Source: an uncultured bacterium (GTDB lineage: Bacteria > Abyssobacteria > SURF-5). From it: a stretch of 64,000 nt of DNA. Below the pieces are notes generated by a model that did not search any database, was not told the DNA's origin, and saw nothing but the letters and a program-made list of their open reading frames with translations. Below are positions 60,297-64,000 of the stretch, piece by piece (positions within the stretch are counted from its first letter, which is position 1; every line of letters starts with the position of its first letter). Location of the stretch: assembly GCA_964607485.1 (NCBI GenBank), contig CAZSKP010000012.1, positions 1 through 64,000 of the forward strand. Direction: 5' to 3'. The translations under genes and the position numbers were made by a program.

Positions 60297-60310
60297 ACAA
60301 TGAGGAGAGC

Positions 60311-62599
60311 ATGAACGAACGGACTGTCAGCAGAGGCGGAAATAAGCTTGCATCTTTGCCCGAGCCTTTTGACGTGGGGGTAGTGCTCCGAACGCTGTGG
60401 AAGCGTCGATGGGCTGTTGCATCGATATTCCTCGTGACCGTCACCGCGGCGGCGATACGGTCTTTCGGCGCGACGCCCATCTACAGGGCGACGACTCAAG
60501 TGCTCATCGACCGCGAGAACCCCAACATCGTGAACGTACAGGAGGTGCTGGCCATCGACACGGCCGACACCGACTATTACCTGACCCAATACGAGATATT
60601 GAAGAGCCGCTCGCTCGCACAGCGGGTCATAAAATCTCTGAAGCTGGACTCCGACGAAGTATTCAACCCGTCACCCAGGAGAACCTCGCTGAGCAAACGT
60701 CTGGGTTTGACGGGGCTCATCGAGTCTGTTCGCGGTGCCTTTCGGAAACAGGAAGAGAAGCCCGGCGCCGAAGAATCCCAGCTCCAGGCCCTCACAGACC
60801 GGTATCTTCGTTCCCTCAGCATCGAACCCGTCAGGAACAGCAGGCTGGTCGACATAAGTTTCGAGTGCCCGGACCCACGCCTGGCGGCCCGCATCGCCGA
60901 CGCTCACGGCCGACTCTACATAGAGGCATCGCTCGACAGGAAGTTTTCCGCCTCACAGGATGCGGTCGAATGGCTCAAGGGGCGAATCACCGCCATCCAG
61001 GCAAAACTTGAGGCGTCCGAGCGGGCGCTCCAAAAATACCGGCAGGAGAACAATCTCGTGTCGGTGGACTTCGAAGAACGCCACAACATAATCGTTCAGA
61101 AGCTGGGCGACCTCAATGCCGCCCTCACACGGGCGAGAACCGACTCCATCGAAAAAGAGAACCTTTACGCGGAATTTGGAAAGGCGCGTTCAGACCCTCG
61201 CATGCTCGAATCCATTCCTGCCGTGGTCAACAACTCACTCATCCAGCGATTGAAATCCGAAAAGGTGGACCTCGAAACGAAGGAATCGGAGCTCGCGCAG
61301 AAGTTCGGGCCGGAACATCCCAAAATGATAAGCGTACGCTCGGAGCTGGAGGAGTTGAAGAAGAAGATCAACATGGAGATGTACAAGATCGGGGAGAGCA
61401 TCGAGCTGGAGTACAGAATGGCGCTCGCGAAAGAAAAGTCGCTCCTGGCGGCGCTCGAGGAACAGAAACGCGAGGCGCTCGAATTGAACCAGAAGGAGAT
61501 TCACTACAACGTGCTCAAACGCGAGACCGAGACGGAACGGCTGATGTATGAAAACCTGCTCAAGAGGGCCAAGGAAGCCAGTCTGACGGGCGGCATACGC
61601 GCCTCGAACATCGCCATTGTGGACCCCGCGTACGTCCCCGGCACGCCCGTGCGTCCGCGCCGCGCGCTCAACATGTTCATCGCGGTCGTCGGCGGATTGG
61701 CTCTGGGCCTGGGGCTGGCGGCGCTTCTGGAATATCTGGACAACACCATCAAGAACAGCGAAGACGTGGAGCTGTCCGTTGAAGTGCCCTTCCTCGGCAC
61801 GGTCAGGCACTTCAAGAAGAGCAGCGACAGCAAGGTGGACGGTGAACTCGTCACGGCGTCTCATCCCAAGTCTGCGGTGTCGGAGGCGTTCCGAAACATC
61901 CGAACCAACGTGCTCTTCTCCACGCTGGGGACCCGAGGACAGACGCTGCTGGTCACCTCCGCAAGCATGCTGGAGGGGAAGACGGTTTTCACTTGCAACC
62001 TTGCAGTCACGCTGGCCCAGTTGCAGAAGAAGGTGTTGCTCGTGGACGCAGACCTCCGGCGCCCCCGCATCCACAAGGTCTTCGGCATAAAGGACACGCC
62101 CGGACTCAGCGATATCCTGACCGGACAGATGCCGCTCGACAAGTGCGTTCGTCAGACCACCGGCGGGAACCTCTCGATACTCCCGTGCGGGCCGATCCCG
62201 CCCAATCCGTCCGAGCTTCTTTCCTTGAAAGTCATGGATGAGTTCATTGAAGAAGCGAGACAACTATATGACATCGTGCTGCTCGATTCGCCGCCGGTGT
62301 TGTTTGTGACCGACCCCGTCATAATCTCCAAGAAGGTGGACGGGACCATTGCCATCGTCAGAAGCGGCAGGACACCGCGCCAAGCTCTCCGAAGGATTAT
62401 CTCGACGCTGCAGGAGATCGAGGCGCGCGTGATCGGGGTCGTGCTCAACAACGTGGATGTGGACACCGAGTCCTACTATTATCCCTACTATTACCGGTAT
62501 GGGAAGCACGGATATTACGAGCAGGATGACAGCGAAAAGGAGCGCACCGCTTCAACGAGAAAGCGAAAAGCTTCGGAGAAACCATACGCAAAGGTTTGA
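60311..62599 (+). CDS. wzc: Polysaccharide co-polymerase/tyrosine autokinase (Wzc family)
   Basis: Two TM helices and coiled coil, EGKT Walker A, DADLRRP, LLDSPP, Tyr-rich tail. Confidence 0.95.
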   Translation: MNERTVSRGGNKLASLPEPFDVGVVLRTLWKRRWAVASIFLVTVTAAAIRSFGATPIYRATTQVLIDRENPNIVNVQEVLAIDTADTDYYLTQYEILKSRSLAQRVIKSLKLDSDEVFNPSPRRTSLSKRLGLTGLIESVRGAFRKQEEKPGAEESQLQALTDRYLRSLSIEPVRNSRLVDISFECPDPRLAARIADAHGRLYIEASLDRKFSASQDAVEWLKGRITAIQAKLEASERALQKYRQENNLVSVDFEERHNIIVQKLGDLNAALTRARTDSIEKENLYAEFGKARSDPRMLESIPAVVNNSLIQRLKSEKVDLETKESELAQKFGPEHPKMISVRSELEELKKKINMEMYKIGESIELEYRMALAKEKSLLAALEEQKREALELNQKEIHYNVLKRETETERLMYENLLKRAKEASLTGGIRASNIAIVDPAYVPGTPVRPRRALNMFIAVVGGLALGLGLAALLEYLDNTIKNSEDVELSVEVPFLGTVRHFKKSSDSKVDGELVTASHPKSAVSEAFRNIRTNVLFSTLGTRGQTLLVTSASMLEGKTVFTCNLAVTLAQLQKKVLLVDADLRRPRIHKVFGIKDTPGLSDILTGQMPLDKCVRQTTGGNLSILPCGPIPPNPSELLSLKVMDEFIEEARQLYDIVLLDSPPVLFVTDPVIISKKVDGTIAIVRSGRTPRQALRRIISTLQEIEARVIGVVLNNVDVDTESYYYPYYYRYGKHGYYEQDDSEKERTASTRKRKASEKPYAKV

Positions 62600-62711
62600 G
62601 GCGGTGTTCGCGGAGGCCGCGGGGTCGCTTGCGCCTGTCTGGGTGTGCGAGCGTGAACCTGAGTTAAGCGTCTCGCCGGTAGGAGGCTGACGAGACGAAT
62701 AGAGGAGGACA

Positions 62712-64000
62712 ATGGTTGGTTCAACCTTTTGTTCCGAGTCTCAGCAGCGGCGGCCTCCGCAGCTGTCTCGCAGGGTGGACGAATCGAACACTACTTCTCC
62801 CCTCGCCGCTATGAACTCCGGCCGGTGCAACCGGACGCTGACCAGGGGCGTGATTGTACTCCTCGTGTTTATGCCGTTGGCCCTCGGCTCCGTTCACATG
62901 TGGTCTTCCTCACTTTCCTTAACAGTTGTGTTTCTGATGACGGCCGTGTTTCTCGCCCGAAGGGTGCTCGACGGCGGCCTCGTGATTCCGGCGGTTCCTG
63001 CGTGGCCGTTTCTTGGTCTGATCTTCCTAGTCGCGTCGGTCCAGATCCTGCCCATGCCGCTTCGCGTGTTGGAAGTTATATCTCCGGAGAAGGCATCGCT
63101 CGGGCAGGCCGCTGCCGTGCCGTTCGCCGTCGGCGGGCTGCACTCCTTGAGCCTGTACCCCCGCGCCACGATCGGGGCCGTCTTGAAATTGTCGGCGTTC
63201 GTCGCGCTGTTTCTGCTTGTCACCAACCTCTTCCGCACCGACCGAGCCCTCAAGAAGCTGGCGCTCGCCATCGCGTGCACGGGATTCGCAGTGGCGCTGG
63301 TCGGACTCCTCCAGCACGCAGCCGGTACAGACGGCATCTACGGATTCTGGCGGTCAAGATACTGGAAAGCCGGCGAGGGCAGCTTCTTCGGGTCGTTCGT
63401 GAACAAGAATCACTTTGCCGGGTACATGGAGATGTCGATTCCGCTGACGCTCGCGCTGGGGGTCGGCCGGCGTTCGCGCAGGCGCGTGAAAACGCTGTCA
63501 CGCCGATTCGTCGATGCCGAGTCGGGAATATTCCGGACTTTGTTTGTGTTGTTCTGCGCGTCGGTCATGTTCTGGGCGTTACTGTGCTCAGGTTCGATAG
63601 GGGGAATCGCGAGCCTCGCGCTGGCCGCGGCGATTGTGGTTCTCACGCCCGCGCTGCGAAGGGGCTCATGGAAATTCCGGTTCTTCGCGATCGTCGGAGT
63701 CCTGCTCGCCTGTGCGGGAATCAGCGCTTACGTCGGAGACGCATCGCCCTTGGCGTTCGCGGGAATCGATTCCTCCCGCGCGCACGTGTGGCAGGACTCA
63801 CTCACGATGGGCTCGAAACACCCGTGGATGGGAACGGGCCTCGGCACGTTTGAGCACGTGTTTCCCGTCTATAGCACGCTTCATGACGGCGTCACATACA
63901 GACACGCGCACAACGAATACGTGCAGTTTTTCGCGGAGATGGGCATCTTCGGCCTGATAGGTCTGGCCGGCGTCTTCGTCGTTCTTGCTTTCCTGTCCCT
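62712..64000 (+). CDS. O-antigen ligase/Wzy-like membrane protein (runs off the window; not in the ORF track)
   Basis: GAGGAGG RBS; PLALGSV, GSFVNKNHFAGY, GTGLGTF, HAHNEYVQFFAEMG. Confidence 0.88.
   Translation, partial: MVGSTFCSESQQRRPPQLSRRVDESNTTSPLAAMNSGRCNRTLTRGVIVLLVFMPLALGSVHMWSSSLSLTVVFLMTAVFLARRVLDGGLVIPAVPAWPFLGLIFLVASVQILPMPLRVLEVISPEKASLGQAAAVPFAVGGLHSLSLYPRATIGAVLKLSAFVALFLLVTNLFRTDRALKKLALAIACTGFAVALVGLLQHAAGTDGIYGFWRSRYWKAGEGSFFGSFVNKNHFAGYMEMSIPLTLALGVGRRSRRRVKTLSRRFVDAESGIFRTLFVLFCASVMFWALLCSGSIGGIASLALAAAIVVLTPALRRGSWKFRFFAIVGVLLACAGISAYVGDASPLAFAGIDSSRAHVWQDSLTMGSKHPWMGTGLGTFEHVFPVYSTLHDGVTYRHAHNEYVQFFAEMGIFGLIGLAGVFVVLAFLS

Noticed and set aside
62600-62711. Hairpin CGTCTCG...CGAGACG between wzc and the ligase-like gene as an ops/JUMPstart site or terminator
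   Set aside because: No GGCGGTAG ops consensus and no U-tract
62729-63853. 374-aa plus-strand ORF from the track
   Set aside because: Wrong frame; the coding frame starts at 62712 and runs off the window

Overview
A 64-kb, mostly GC-rich bacterial chromosomal segment, probably from a diderm anaerobe given the outer-membrane Wza/beta-barrel proteins, Tat and multiheme redox proteins and rubrerythrin-like protein. I found no rRNA, tRNA, CRISPR array, integrase or transposase. Contents in order: DUF2752/DUF4190 membrane cluster; arsR-acr3-arsC operon followed by a cytidine/blasticidin-S-type deaminase and an orphan arsC 3' remnant; secreted beta-helix protein; LarA-like protein plus SDR; C1 peptidase; nnrE-thpR-recA; MFS transporter; a three-gene radical SAM locus; an acyl-CoA dehydrogenase pair, a TPP enzyme and a long mixed operon; GT-C-type membrane proteins (one frameshifted) and a B12 radical SAM enzyme; a ~17-kb redox operon; and the start of a Wza/Wzc exopolysaccharide locus. 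Two systems stand out. (1) A 20-codon ORF missing from the ORF track, MKIRKLTRKVGGTCKCKASC (17458-17520, minus strand), has a strong RBS and terminator and lies directly behind an RRE-radical SAM-SPASM enzyme and a 78-aa four-Cys protein; it is a candidate minimal RiPP system resembling a truncated SCIFF. (2) An ethylbenzene-dehydrogenase-family Mo enzyme is interleaved with a b6f-type Rieske/cytochrome b complex, an octaheme cytochrome c, a ferredoxin and a Zn alcohol dehydrogenase, with an FAD oxidoreductase downstream. Palindromic REP-like elements are scattered through intergenic regions. All product calls come from motif recognition by eye; no searches were run, so novelty is unverified.
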